From Octopus bimaculoides (Eukaryota), in contig NC_068985.1 in NCBI RefSeq assembly GCF_001194135.2, forward strand, positions 32,686,998 to 32,750,997: 64,000 nt of DNA, read 5' to 3'. Below the pieces are notes generated by a model, which saw nothing but the letters and a program-made list of their open reading frames with translations, had not been told where the DNA came from and made no database searches. This document shows positions 46,990-60,571 of the stretch, piece after piece. The translations under genes were made by a program, and so were the position numbers. The stretch's first letter is position 1, and every line of letters begins with the position of its first letter.

Positions 46990-48145
46990 TGAGAATGATG
47001 AATCTCAGTTTATCTTCTCTTAATTTTCTTTGCTATTTTCTTGAGAAGTTTCATTGCCATTTGGAAGAAATTGTCTCACCTTACCTGTTTTTGTTGTTTT
47101 ATGCTGAGTCTCATCTTTCAGTGATTTTTTTAATGTTTTTCCTTTAATATATTCACTGACAGTTTGGAAATTTTCATCTGTGATTATTATTTCTTCTTCA
47201 TTGAACAATGAAGGCATAGCACTACAAGGTGACAACATTAGGAGATGAGGTTATTGTTCACCTCTTTCTGATACTGATACTGAGTAAGGTATTTCACTTA
47301 CCATCCCTAGAATTTTGGTTGAGATTCTCTGAAAACTGGGGTCTATAGTTCTTTTTGATGCTGCTGTTATTTTCATTACTTGTGCTTAATTTTTCTTTTT
47401 TGCCTAATCTGCCAAGATCATTTAAGCATTCAGCTCTGAAGTGACTTTTACTCTGACAAATGTAGCAACTAGCTTTCTACCCAGCATCATTAATTGCACG
47501 TCCTTTGACAAATTACCTTCTACTAGAACGGTTTTAGTATGGTTCTGTGGCCTTTGGCTATCATTAGGACTTGCAACTTTGCTTTAACACCTTCTGATTA
47601 CAGGTCACTTTTATTAACCTTGCCTTGACCACTCATCCATACTGCGATACAAAAATCAAAACTACCCACAAATCATTTCTGATGTCTCTTATATGTAGAT
47701 GCATGCTAAGAGTTGGCCCATTTACTTGAAAGATACTTGCCACTTTTATCCACCTTTTAACAAATTTGCAGTGAGGCAGTACTTCTGTCTTCACCCAAAT
47801 TTTCTTTTTTTACCATAACTTCCTTTGTCAAAGCCACCAGGTTGATTAAGACTGCTTGCCCTTTCCAACTGAGGGAAGGTGACTGGATTGTCCTGAATTG
47901 TCAATGCTCCCCAGTAGCATGGCCAGACAAACCAGGGATTTCTGGAATTTATCTATGAGTGCCAGTGTGAAAGTCCTTCAGAACACACCAGTTAGTTGAT
48001 TTTCATTGATGCCCAGTGTTTCCCTGAGAATGTTGTGACTTTTCCTGTCATTAATCCTCTATAGAATGCCAACATGGAACTTCAACTACTTCATTGCTCA
48101 ACTGGTGGAGAGCTACAAGCACTTGATGACATTCTGGATGCTAAC
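46990..48145 (-). mobile_element. Degraded ORF1/gag-like retroelement with CCHC knuckle
   Basis: CYICQSKSHFRAEC (47426-47467), preceded by VQLMMLGRK (frameshift) and followed by a K/E/N-rich region; no APE/RT follows. Confidence 0.6.
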
Positions 48146-48248
48146 TGCTAACAAAAATATTCTATTTTAAGATATTGTTTAAGTACCCTATTTTAATTAT
48201 GTTTATTATAATTTAATGTAATATTGAAAGGAAAACTATTTTGATATA

Positions 48249-49573
48249 TGAGGGGGGGTACCCAAAGGAAACTGGAATTTTGCAATATTATTTCATTCAC
48301 TTAGTTTTACATGCTTATACTTTTATTGCCTTCAAAGTATTCACTATTTGAAGCAATGCATCAGTCCAGACACATTTTCCACTGTTCAGAGCAGTCCTGG
48401 AACTCTTGTGAAGTGATGCCTTTTAATGCCTCTGTTGTTTTTTTCTTCAACTCTTCTACATCTGCAAAGCGTTTTCCTTTCAGGACTTTTTCATTCAGGG
48501 TAACAAAAAAAAAAAGTTGCAGGGAACAAGCTCGGGGGAATAGGGAGGGTGGGTAAACAGGGTCATACCATTTTTGGTCAAAAACTGTCTCATACTCAAG
48601 GTGGTGTGTGCAGGTGCATTGATGTGATGAAACCACCACTCTCCACTTTGCCAAAGGTCAGAGCATTTTCATCTCACCACATCTCACAAACACTTCAGAA
48701 CTTCCAAGTAAAATGTCCGGTTAAGAGATTGACCAGAAGGAACAAATTCTGTGTGGACAATTCCTTTCACATCGATGAAACAATTCAGCATCATCTTGAC
48801 ATTGGACTTTGCTTGACACACTTTTTTGGGGAGTGGTAATATTGAATGCTTCCATTGACTTGATTGCTGCTTTGTTTCTAGGTCGTAGCCATAGCATCAG
48901 CTTTTATCACCAGTGATGACCTCCAGAAAAAGGTCCAGACAAACTTGCAACCGTTCTTTTAGTTCATGACATACATTCAGTTATGACTGCTTTTGATCTT
49001 CCATAAGTAAGCGAAGCACAAATTTTGCTGCAAATCTTTTCATTCCCAATTCCTCACTCAAAATTTGTTGGTAGGAGCTCCAGAACACACCATCATATCA
49101 ACAGGTTTGTCAGTTGTTTGATGATGGTCCTACAAGATCAGTTCATGAATTTTCATGATATTTTCATTTGTTAAGGAGGTTGACAGTTGCCCTGAATTAG
49201 GTTGGTCTTCAAGTAACAAGTGACCATTCCTAAAATGTGAAAACCGCTTGTAAACTTGTATTTTGTTCATCGCAGTATCCTTGTAAGCTGTTTGAAGCAT
49301 GGCAATTATTTCAGCTACCATTTTCTTCAGCAGAAAACAGAATATCATGGAAGCATGCTGTTCCTTCACTTCAACCATCGCAAAAATCAATGAACAGGAG
49401 AGAAGCACTGCAAAACAATGACACACCACATGGCAGCACGACTCCAGTAGATACTGCTGGTCAGCAGTCTGATGCCCGAGGGTCGCATCAAGTGGCTTCT
49501 CATGGCAGAAGTCTGAACTATAATGGGCTTGTCCCACAGGGAATGTTTCCATTTACTTTTGGGTAGCCCCTCC
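48249..49573 (-). mobile_element. Full-length degraded mariner (irritans/Himar-like), 1325 bp
   Basis: TA-flanked TIRs TGAGGGGGGGTACCCAAAGGAAAC / GGAGGGGCTACCCAAAAGTAAAT; HTH MVEVKEQHASMIFCFLL..VYKRFSHF; C-terminus LKGKRFADVEELKKKTT..FQDCSEQWK. Confidence 0.92.
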
Positions 49574-49594
49574 TACTATTAAAAATACTTAGGC

Positions 49595-49792
49595 ATTGAG
49601 TTGATAGAATTGTTACCATGCTGGAAAAATGCTGAGGGACATTTCTTCCAACTTTATGTTCTGATTTCACATGCTACTGGGGTTGACTTTGCCTTTCATT
49701 CATAAAATAAATACCAGTTGAGCACTGATGGTTGATGTAATTGACTTAACCATCCCCCAAAACTGCTGGCCTTGTGCCAAAATTTGAGATCA
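49595..49792 (+). mobile_element. tRNA-derived SINE
   Basis: gagttgatagaattgttaccatgctgg..gttgactttgcctttcat..ataccagttgagcactg..ggccttgtgccaaaattt. Confidence 0.75.
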
Positions 49793-50085
49793 GTATACTA
49801 TTAAAAAAAACTTATATATCTTAATATAGTATTAAAAGAAACGAAACAAGCAAAATAAATAACAACCGATAAATAATGATTACTTTTAATTTACTGTATT
49901 TTAAAAAATGTATTTTCACTTTACTACTGAAAACCTTGAAGAGTCCTAAACTACCACAGCTCCAACCCACTTTCTCAGTATCAGTTTCTGCATTTTTCTT
50001 CATCTTTTTTGTTAGCTCTCATATTAGCTAATATTTTTTCACTGTCCCCTGCATCTATTCTGAGGGTTAGAAAACTGAAATATGC

Positions 50086-50125
<40 letters not shown>

Positions 50126-50960
50126 TCTCTGCCCCCTACTTGCATACTTCCTCTTTTCTTAGTTTGTGATTATAAAAGTTGATTTATTTTAATATCATTT
50201 GTATCACAGAATTCCAGTAGCCCTATAGTCTGCTTGTCACTCATATTGACTTCACTTTGAACTCCTAAAAATTTTCAACTTCTTTGATTTTGAAAACAAT
50301 ATGCTGACCATATCATTTGCCAACCTTCCACATCATCTCTATTGTAATTATTTTACAAATTGCAAGGAGAAACGTTTTGATCATTGCTTCTTTGAAATAC
50401 CCTTTGTAAGGGGTTTTTAGCACTGATAATCCATCATAGTTTTCCCCATTCATCTCATGTTGACAAAGCATGAATGGATCAATGGTGTTTCTCTATTAAT
50501 GATTTTTCTCTATTTACACCTTCCTCAGCCCACAATACAAATATTGCCTTGTCATTGTTAAATACATGTTTCTGAGGGAATTTCTACATCATTACTAAAT
50601 CTGCTAGAAATAGCATCTAAATCTCCCTCAAATCACACCCTACTGTTTTAAAAAAGGAAGGACTCATTGGCCAATATAGCCTTAGATAAACAAAGAGATG
50701 GGATGGTCATGCATGGAACACCTTTGATCATAAGTCTGTTCAAATGGGACTGACCTCAAGCTAAACAGTAATAATAACAGAAATGCCCTTCTCCCACATT
50801 ATATCTCACTATCATTTGTTTGTTATCCAAGCTTTACTTTCCTCCAAAATGTCAGTCCAGCAAATACCTTTTTTACTAACATTTATATCTCTGACTACAA
50901 ATATACATCTCATAGCATAATATGTAATATTACCCTGTCAATCCTCTCTATTGGATTGAT

Positions 50961-51196
50961 CTTTTTACTTTTTTACTCTTTTACTTGTTTCAGTCATTTG
51001 ACTGTGGCCATGCTGAAGCACCGCCTTTTAGTTGAGCAAATTGACACCAGGACTTATTCTTTGTAAGTCTAGTACTTATTCTATCAGGCTCTTTTGCCGA
51101 ACTGCTAAGTTACGGGGACGTAAACACACCAGCTTCGGTTGTCAAGTGATGTTGGGGGGACAAATGCAGACATACAAACATATACANNNNNNNNNN

Positions 51197-51239
<43 letters not shown>

Positions 51240-51377
51240 TACGACGGGCGTCTTTCAGTTTCCGTCTACCAAATCCACTCACAAGGCTTTGGTCAGCCCG
51301 AGGCTATGCAGTAGGAGGGAACCCGGAACCATATGGTTCATAAGCAAGCTACTTACCACACAGCCACTCCTATGCCT
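50961..51377 (-). mobile_element. tRNA-derived SINE of a second family with a central (TA)n tract
   Basis: Head GGCATAGGAGTGGCTGTGTGGTAAGTAGCTTGC..GGTTCC; core CTTGTGAGTGGATTTGGTAGACGGAAACTGAAAG; 3' CAAATGACTGAAACAAGTAAAAGAG. Confidence 0.8.
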
Positions 51378-52020
51378 GTATTCATCTATCATATACATCA
51401 TTCATCTATCTATCATTGATCATTCTTATCCACCCTCCACTCATTCACTCTTCTGTTCATTGTATTGTTCTGCCAATATTGGTAATCTGGTATTTCCTAT
51501 CGTCACCCTTTCTGTACTACCTGTCATCACTATCTGTTTCATGAACTCCTTGTTATCAACACCTATCACTTACACTATTCTCCATCACTCTCTCTTCTCA
51601 CCTCTACCACCCTTCTATCCCAATTAGTCTATTTCTACCATCTTATTCATGCTACTTTCACTCACTCACTCATCTGGGTTCTTCTAACATTGCTCTCTCT
51701 TCTATCCATTCTCTCAGAGTGCCTTGAGTGAAAAGAAAAAAAGAAAAGAAAAAAACACATCACAGAATAGTGAGGACTGTTTAGTTTTAGAGGATACAAA
51801 GCAACCTCACTCATGCTGGTATTGTAATAAAATGTACCAGTATACTTCGTGGTTAGTAAATGAGCAGAGATATGAAACTATGATGGAAAGTTTTAACCAT
51901 TATCACTTTAAAACTTTAAAGTTTGTATTAAAGAACCTGGAGCTGTCTCAGGTAGGTTGTTATCAAAAGTGGGGGTCAGGAGTCTCCAAGTCAGAATGAT
52001 CCCTCAGTGCTTTGCTGAAG

Positions 52021-52024
<4 letters not shown>

Positions 52025-52108
<84 letters not shown>
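52025..52108. repeat. (TC)n microsatellite
   Basis: Directly visible. Confidence 0.97.
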
Positions 52109-52113
<5 letters not shown>

Positions 52114-52490
52114 CCTCCTTCCATCTCTTTCTCCCCTCTATCTGTTTGTCAGTCTGTCTCTCCCCCTCCCCACTCTCTCACTGAATCCATTAGTCTTGGG
52201 ATAAGCCAAGTTTGATATACCTCACATATTTTTCTTCTGTCCATGAACAACCTACTCATACTTACCTCTAATCATGTACAGACTCCTACAAAGATGATAC
52301 TACCACTCACTCCTCCTTAATCTTCTGCATGCGGATATTCATTCAAATATGCATTGATTCTATGAACAGAAACCTAAAAATAATTTGTGATGATGCAGTC
52401 ATGATACTTAACAAAAATACAAACTTGCAATACTGTATCCTCCCTACTCATGAATAACATAGAACCAACACTTTCACAATCTTGACAAAT

Positions 52491-52700
52491 GTCTTAGTGG
52501 TTATAGTGTTAGACTCATGATCATTAGGTCATGGGTTCAATTCTCAGATTGGAATGCACATTGTGTTTTTAACCAAGGCAGATCATTTTACATTATTCCT
52601 GTTTATTCAGCTGAAAATGTGTACCAGTGGAAGCTGGTGGTGGAGGATGTAAACCTTGTGGCTGGCAGACATCCCATTCAATACAGAGTCTTGTACTGTT
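52491..52700 (+). mobile_element. Degraded tRNA-derived SINE (third family)
   Basis: TAGTGGTTATAG (A-box-like) and GGGTTCAATTC (B-box-like). Confidence 0.55.
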
Positions 52701-54829
52701 AATTGTTACCACTTTTGATTATCAACCCACATAAAACTGCCCCTGGATCTATAATACAAACACCCTGTTTTAAAATGATTTTAATCAAAACCTTCCATCA
52801 AAATTTTACCTTAATTTATATTCAAAACAGCTGCCTATTAATGACAAAATGGTTTCAATAAATTCTTTGTTACTTTCAAAATTAATTGAAACAAAGTGCA
52901 TTTCAACAGAAATATGGTAACAAAAAGATTATATGCCATGGAAACAAGGATAAGCTCTGGCTTAACAGGCCTATAGGCTTAATAAGACAAACTAACATCT
53001 TTTAACTAACTTAGTTGGAAGAAAAAAAATGCAAGAAACTAATCAATCTTAACACGTTGTAAGATATATTTTTCAAACTGAACGATATTTGCAAGTGACA
53101 GTGTGTAGCTGTTGAAGAAAAATACTTGTCTTACTTGTTCTTACATGGTCCCATGATATTGACTTCATGTTCTTTTGAAAATATTAAATATAGCTGACAA
53201 GTATACAATAAACTAACTATTGTTTTGAAGTGTGGCTTGTATAACTACCACATTCTACTGGAATAGATTTGCAGTTGATTAATATATTCAGATTTGCTTC
53301 TGATTCACCTTTGCACTCTCGAAAATTGAAAAATTAATGACACTCAATACAATTTGCTTATTTCCCTGTAGAATATTCATTGAGATGATTTACAGAAAAT
53401 AGAAATATACCCTTTGTATAATCATGGCAGTCATATTAATTTGCAATCATTATTACTTGCTTACCACCTTTTTAGCTGTCTAATTTAGAAGCCTACCAAA
53501 TAAAAGTAATAGCTTATATTTTTAGAAGTGGCTTTCTGCTCCAAATTCTTTTATAGGCATTAGTTAAACTAAAGCTTATTCTTATTCATTCATCAGAAGT
53601 GTTGGATCAATGAAATATGAATCTGTAATGCAGCAGTTGGTGAGCTACTTGCTTTATTAGCGAACCAAATATTACAGGTACTAATTAAGAATATTTGCTT
53701 GAGGAAATATACTAAGTTTAAACATTTTGCTTCTTTGTTGAAGATTTTAATTATATTAATGTTTATAATTAGGATTTTTCTCAGTCAATTGGGTAAAGGA
53801 TTAGACTTCTAACTTGTTGGATGTAAGCTGATAATTCTATGGCTAGTATGTTGAGAAGGATACTTAACTTGTATAAAACATGAAGTTAAATACAGAAAAC
53901 TGAATCTCGCTTTCTTATTACAGCTCTATATTCAGCCAACACTTTGTTCAGAAATATACGTATATTGAGTTCTACACTGGGTTTTTGGTCTTACCATGCC
54001 TAAGTGAAATATTAAGAAGTATCTATTAAGATTTAGATAAGCACTCAATAGACTCTTTTCTCTATAAATTTCATTCCTGAGAAAGAAAATATCTCTGACA
54101 GACATTTAAAAATCTTTGTAAGTTGATGCCAACCACAGTGTTATGGTCTGAAATGTAAAATTGTTTTTGAGGTCACTGCTTCACTAGCTCATTAAACATT
54201 TCCTTTAGACTTTTAATCCTTCTCTGTTAAAAAAAAAACAAAAAAAAAACAAAACAACTAAGCATTACACTTAAGAAATAAAATGTAAAAGTTTAACTTA
54301 TTCTACAATTCACTCCAAGTCAAACTGAGACCAGAAGTATGTTACAAAATAAATAGACAAGCTTTGTCATTTTACAGAAGGGGAAACATCTGAGCGATGA
54401 CAGAATTCAAACCCACTGAAAGGCATTTTATTGTAATTATACATAGAATATTTTATTTTACATTTCCCTAGTTCCTGTAGTTGCTGCAAATAGATTAGAT
54501 TTTCTAAGAAAGGTCACTCACTGGTAAATACTTCTGATCATAAAAGGTCAAGCAATTGAAAGCTGTTTACTGCACATATCTGTAGAATAAATGAATATTC
54601 ATCTATTTTTTAAATTTCTATCTCATATTATATATATTCTTATATTCTTTGTCACTCACTAGTTGCATGAATTTCTTCCACTATATGTGTCAATTTCTGG
54701 TGGGAAGTTAGCTCATTTGCAACATGGCCTGGAACTGCTTTGCTCAGTTTTGCTTATCTAAAATAAACTGTTACGTACTAAATATGATCTTGATCTAACA
54801 TTCTCAGCCTCTCCCTCTTTGTCCCTCAG

Positions 54830-54924
54830 CAAACCTACTTGGTTATGGGACTGACCATTGGCAAACCTACATGGAAGCTTCTAGGGGCTCACTCGGTTTC
54901 CTAGAAAGAGCAATTTCATTTTAA
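54830..54924 (+). other. Candidate terminal exon of an unidentified gene
   Basis: CTAAC branch point (54795), pyrimidine tract and CAG acceptor; phase-1 frame NLLGYGTDHWQTYMEASRGSLGFLERAISF*; AATAAA at 55004. Confidence 0.35.
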
Positions 54925-56322
54925 ACCAGATTTGCTGTCTTAAACCAGATGAGTATATTGGGTAACCTAGTCCTGGATATAGTATGCAAACAAACAAACA
55001 AAAAATAAAAAAGAAAGAAGAAGAATAGAATGGATAGTCATGATAAGAATGCTGGTGGGATGATGAAATATTGCACCCAGTCTCATTCAGTTCTTTACCT
55101 GTATTGTAAGTTTGCTCAATCAAGGCTAATCAGGAGCTACCCACCAACTGCAAATCAAATGAATGATATAATTTTAATCCTGATTCACAATATAAATTTT
55201 TACATTGACATGTAAATTATTTGACAGATGCAACCAATTTAATCAACTTCAAATATCGGACAATTATTTTATCAATGCCAAAGGGATATAAGATAAGTTA
55301 ATTCAACAGGGTTTGAACTGAAAACAGAAGAAAATACTATAAGGCATTAATTTTGTACCAGTGGTTTGATGAAATGCTTCATATTCATGCTGTAAAATGG
55401 TTGGTATAGGAAGGGCATCTAGTTGTAAAGAACAATGCTAAAGTATAGAAGGGATGCATTAATAGGTGTTGTAAAGTACCCTTTAGTCATGATAAAATAT
55501 ATTCAGTCTATGCTGTAAGTTAGCAGGTGATAAGAAGGCTATTTATAGAGCTGTAAAAAACTGTCAGATCAAGGAAAGAAGGAATGGAGGTAATGTGATT
55601 TAGAGTAAACACTCTAGTCTTGTCAAACACAACCCTGTTTGTGTAACAAAAATGTTTGTTTCATTCTGTTGCTGTGTGTGCCAGATGACATACATAAGGA
55701 AACAGGAGATGTGAGACCTAGCCAACCTATGCCACATGCCAGCATGGAAAAATTAGTGTAAAATGATGATGATGAGGATGAGGTTGAGAATGGTGATATG
55801 ATGATGATGATGTATATAAATTTCTCTTGTCTAAGCTCAAGGTCTAATTTTGTAGAACAAAATCAAAGTCAATAGAATTATCTCCAATGTATAACTTGTA
55901 CTTTAAGCAAGCTCAGAAGGATGAATAGTAAGTTGAACCTGGCTAGATTAGAACATAGAGCAAAAATACTGCACAGTATTTATTTTAGCACTCTGCCATT
56001 TCTATCCACTTTCCACTCTAATTTTGTTTCAGCCAATGTTTTCTATATCCCTTGATAAAAGATATACAACAATATATTGTACTGCACAAAATAATAACTC
56101 TGTCAAACCTGTTATTTCCCCTCCAAGCATATCAAAATCTGTTATAGGAGTTAATTATATCTCAAACTGAAATAGTTAAAGAGTTCTATTCCTCGATTTA
56201 TGAACCCATGAAGGCAGTTCTATGTAGTCATTCAAACTCCTAGAAATAGCAGTTAGGGGCCCTCAATTCCCTTGCTATTATATTAACAAATGAAGGACAT
56301 TGGGAATGAAATCCTGAATGTA

Positions 56323-58584
56323 TTAAGGTGTTTGGGAAGTAATTGTGTTTTACCAGAACAGATATAAAAACCAATGTAAACTATGTTTATCTGAATAGTT
56401 TTAATCAAGAGTGTAATCATCATTGTTTTCAATGACTGCAGCTAAATAGGAAAGTAACTTTTTTTATGCAACGTTCAAAGTAACCTATTTCTTCTGAAAA
56501 ATGTCTGAAAGACTGTTTTCAACTTCCTCTCTCTTTCTGAATATTTTGCCTCTTATAAAATGCTCTGGTAATTGAAACAGATGAAGATGAAGGATGTGGA
56601 AGAACTTCCCATCCTAACGGTCTTATTTTCTCTTGGGTTTGTTTTGAAGAGTGTGGCCATACATTGTGATGCTGAAGAATAACACCTTTCCTGTTTACCA
56701 AAGCTTGCCACTTTCGACATAATTTTTCATTTACATGATCAAGATGTTGGCAATAGACATCTGCATTGATGGTCTTTCCATGTTCCAGTAGCTTGTAATG
56801 GACAATATATTTCATGTCCCACCAAACACAGCAAGGATTTTTGTGGATGGAGTTCTAGTTTTGGTGTTGGCCCTGGCCTATTATTACATGATAACTATGT
56901 CTTTTTCATTATCTGTTGTGATGCAAAACCCATTTTTCATCACCTGTGACAATGCACTGCAGAAATGGCAGGTTGTTATTCCTGGTTAGATGACTGCTGC
57001 AGATGATGGAACATTGTGTTCTGCTCTCAAGCATAAACTCATGTGGAACCCAAATTCCCTCTTTGCATGTTTTCCCCATTTGCTTGAGATGTTTGTGGAT
57101 AGTTGAACATGAAACCTTAAGTTTTTGTGCCAAATCTCTGGTGCTTTGACATGGATCTTTTATAACAGTCTCATTCAAAAGGTTATCATTCAGTGTGGGT
57201 CATCTTCCAGAGCAAGGTCTGTCAGATATATCACAATTGCCATCTTTAAACCTTTTAAACCACAGCTGACATGTATGAGCTTTCACTGTATCGAGATACC
57301 TTTCACAAATGTTTTTCTTTGCTTCTGTAGTGGTACTTTTCTTTTGAAACTCATACAGTAAGGAATGGTGAATATGTTTCATAAAGTTCCCATCCTTCAA
57401 GAGGTTAATTACTGAAATAACTATGAATGACACATTATTGGAAAGAAGAAATGATATATGATTTCTAGACAGTTCTTGCCCATTCAACCTTGGCTCTGAC
57501 ATGATTGGTTGATTCATATTTCATAGTAGTGAAAAATCGCAATTACTTTCCGAACGCCTTTGTAGTGAAACCTTTCTCTCAGGTATTTATTTACAAATGC
57601 GAACGTAGCGGCTAACATCTAGCCTTTGGCCCACTTGGACCCTGCTGTGTCCATCATCCTGATTGGCTCTTATTTGCACGGCATTTGTCTCCAGTTCTGT
57701 TTCGCGCCAGGGTGAACATCAACCAATCATGGCCTTCTGATAAGGTCACGTGAGAGAGTGTTTTTATGCTGTTTCTGGAACCTCTTTTTACCTACAAATA
57801 GCCCTGTTTTATCCACGCCAGTTTGTCTTCGATTTCAGATCTCTCACAGGTCTTGTCATTGACCATCTCACAGCACACAGCTCCAGCCAGTTTCCAGCGA
57901 CGACGTCAACACCACCGTTCTACTGTCTACCACAGTCACATCGCCAGTGCCAACACGACACTACCAGAGTACACACTACAAACAGCAATTGCGGTTTCAT
58001 CTCAACACTGTTTGTGTGGATTGTTTCCACCTCGAAAATAACAGCCAGAACAACCTGCGAGAATCTTCTGTATTCAAGTAACCGGCTTGGCATAGAAGCC
58101 TCAACTTCACTCCTGACATGTGACACTTCAGCTCTGCCTAGAAGCCACAATCTCTTATGTACAGACATTCTACCTACTGTGTAACTCTTTTATGAAGTGG
58201 TACTTTCTTATCTTTGTTCAGGACACTTATCGTCTATGTTACAGACTCTCATTCCATGCTCTGTATTTCTCATTCACACACATACACACATATTATTGTA
58301 TACACACTCTTGTTCATACAACGGCCCGTCATACATATTGTTTACATTACCGCATGCACGCACACACAGACACACAGTTCACTACCCTAACAAACTTATT
58401 CTTTATATATATATATCTAACGGTTGTGTCTCTCTCTTTCCTTGCTGGCATTTCCTCGCATCTCACATGCAAGTACTCTTATGTTATATTACATATTTTG
58501 TGTCGACCATGCGACGCATTAAAAGGAGCCTCTTCTGTTCGTCGCCATCTCCTTTGGTTCGTATGGTCGTTCTCTGCACCTTAA
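56323..58584 (-). mobile_element. Full-length degraded mariner interrupted inside its TIR by a solo LTR
   Basis: TIRs TA-TTAAGGTGTTTGGGAAGTAATTG and (joined across the insertion) CAATTACTTTCCGAACGCCTTAA-TA; GIWVPHEF, IVTGDEKW, ILQHHNVWPH, GWEVLPHP; ~1240 bp without the insertion. Confidence 0.92.
57561..58578 (+). mobile_element. Solo LTR (1018 bp) with 4-bp TSD CCTT, related to 14159-15256
   Basis: TGTAGTGAAAC...TGCA; CCTT at 57557-57560 and 58579-58582; shares blocks gcgaacgtag, ccaatca.ggcc..taaggtcacgtga and aaaaggag.ctct with the other LTR. Confidence 0.9.
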
Positions 58585-59602
58585 TATAAAAAGATAGGAT
58601 GGTCATGACCGGAATGCCTTTGACTGTAGAACTACTAAATTAATGCTGACTTAGGGCTACAACAACAACTTCTCAATCAGTTATATTTGCTTCTCTTCCT
58701 AGTCACATGACTGGTCTGCTTTTGAGTCAGCTAATTTTGCTGCGACATCAGCTAGAGACACCATCACATGATGGCAAGATCTTCTGCTGAATACACTGTA
58801 CCATGTACTATATATGCTGGTGCATAAGATGCACTTTTTTATTTTTAAATGTAACAAACAAATAATTGCCAAGTGTTTAATGCAACCACATTAAAGAAGG
58901 GATACTGAGTATATGAGTGTATGATTAAATATATTAAATTTTCCACAAAATGTGTTTGTCCTATGCAAGAGTACACCCTATACATGAGTAAACATGGTAG
59001 TTAAAAAATTTTCAGGTGCTGACAGGATATAGACAAGGATTGTCATTGTGAATGAACTTTCTTCATTGCTGAATGGGCTAGTGCAACTCATATTATAATC
59101 AAATACACAAACTTATTTTTTTTCTCAAAATCTGTTTAGTGAGAAGAACTAAGTTTTCCTTGTACTAAAATGACTTGTAATACATTTTTATCAGGAAGAG
59201 GTAAAAAGAATGAACCATTGACTTCTAGTACTTTGTATCATACCTCTTGCTGTGAGTTGATAGATGTCTAGAAAAATCTCTGTCAGTTCCTTTTCATCTT
59301 TTGCATTATGTTTAAACATAGACTCTACTACTACAAGTTAAGTTGTAATACTCATTCTTTTTTTATTATCACATTCATTGATTTTGTTTTGCAATCAACT
59401 ATGAAAATCGTTCTTCTTGGCCAGAGCACTAAAGTTTGTATAAACTTAGTCTCAACCACTATTTCTAGCAGCAAGAATTAAATTATTAGATTGTTGGAAT
59501 ATTTATGGTCTTTTATTTTATTTCTTTATATATTATCTGATGTAAGTGTTTAGGTTCAACAAGACTTACTTTATATATTATTATTCTCAAGTCAAGACAG
59601 CA

Positions 59603-59985
59603 AGCTAGTAGAATTGCTCACATGCTGGACAAAATGTTTAGCAGTGTTTCATCCATTTTTACATTCCGAGTTCAAATACCGGCAAGGTTGACTTTGCTTT
59701 CCATCTTTCTGGGGTAAATAAAATAAGCACTAGTTGAGCACTGGGATTGATGTAATCAACTTACCCCCTCCCTCAAAATTTCCATTTTGTACCAATATTA
59801 TCTTTAAGCTTATTATTGTCGACTTAACACACTGTGAAGTGGTTGGTGTTAGGAAGGGCATCCAGCTGTAGAAACCATCCCAAATCAAACTGGAACTTGG
59901 TGCAACTCTCAAGCTTGCTAGCCCTGGTCAAACCATCCATCCCATGCCAGCATGGAAAACAGATGTTATAGGAGGATGATGACGA
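59603..59985 (+). mobile_element. tRNA-derived SINE followed by an RTE 3'-tail copy
   Basis: gagttcaaatacc..gttgactttgc at 59668-59700; gttaggaagggcatccagctgtagaaacc..cccatgccagcatggaaaacagatgtt at 59848-59968. Confidence 0.75.
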
Positions 59986-60571
59986 GACCAAAATCTTATT
60001 TCTCATATTTCAACAAATGGAAACCTTTGACTTTTAATCCGCGTCTATCATAAATTTTTTTCAAAAGTTNNNNNNNNNNNNNNNNNNNNNNNNNNNNNNN
60101 NNNNNNNNNNNNNNNNNNNNNNNNNNNNNNNNNNNNNNNNNNNNNNNNNNNNNNNNNNNNNNNNNNNNNNNNNNNNNNNNNNNNNNNNNNNNNNNNNNNN
60201 NNNNNNNNNNNNNNNNNNNNNNNNNNNNNNNNNNNNNNNNNNNNNNNNNNNNNNNNNNNNNNNNNNNNNNNNNNNNNNNNNNNNNNNNNNNNNNNNNNNN
60301 NNNNNNNNNNNNNNNNNNNNNNNNNNNNNNNNNNNNNNNNNNNNNNNNNNNNNNNNNNNNNNNNNNNNNNNNNNNNNNNNNNNNNNNNNNNNNNNNNNNN
60401 NNNNNNNNNNNNNNNNNNNNNNNNNNNNNNNNNNNNNNNNNNNNNNNNNNNNNNNNNNNNNNNNNNNNNNNNNNNNNNNNNNNNNNNNNNNNNNNNNNNN
60501 NNNNNNNNNNNNNNNNNNNNNNNNNNNNNNNNNNNNNNNNNNNNNNNNNNNNNNNNNNNNNNNNNNNNNNN

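Noticed and set aside
51957-52215. SLSLSL and YLSI repeat ORFs (also 62227-62722)
   Set aside because: These are translations of microsatellites.
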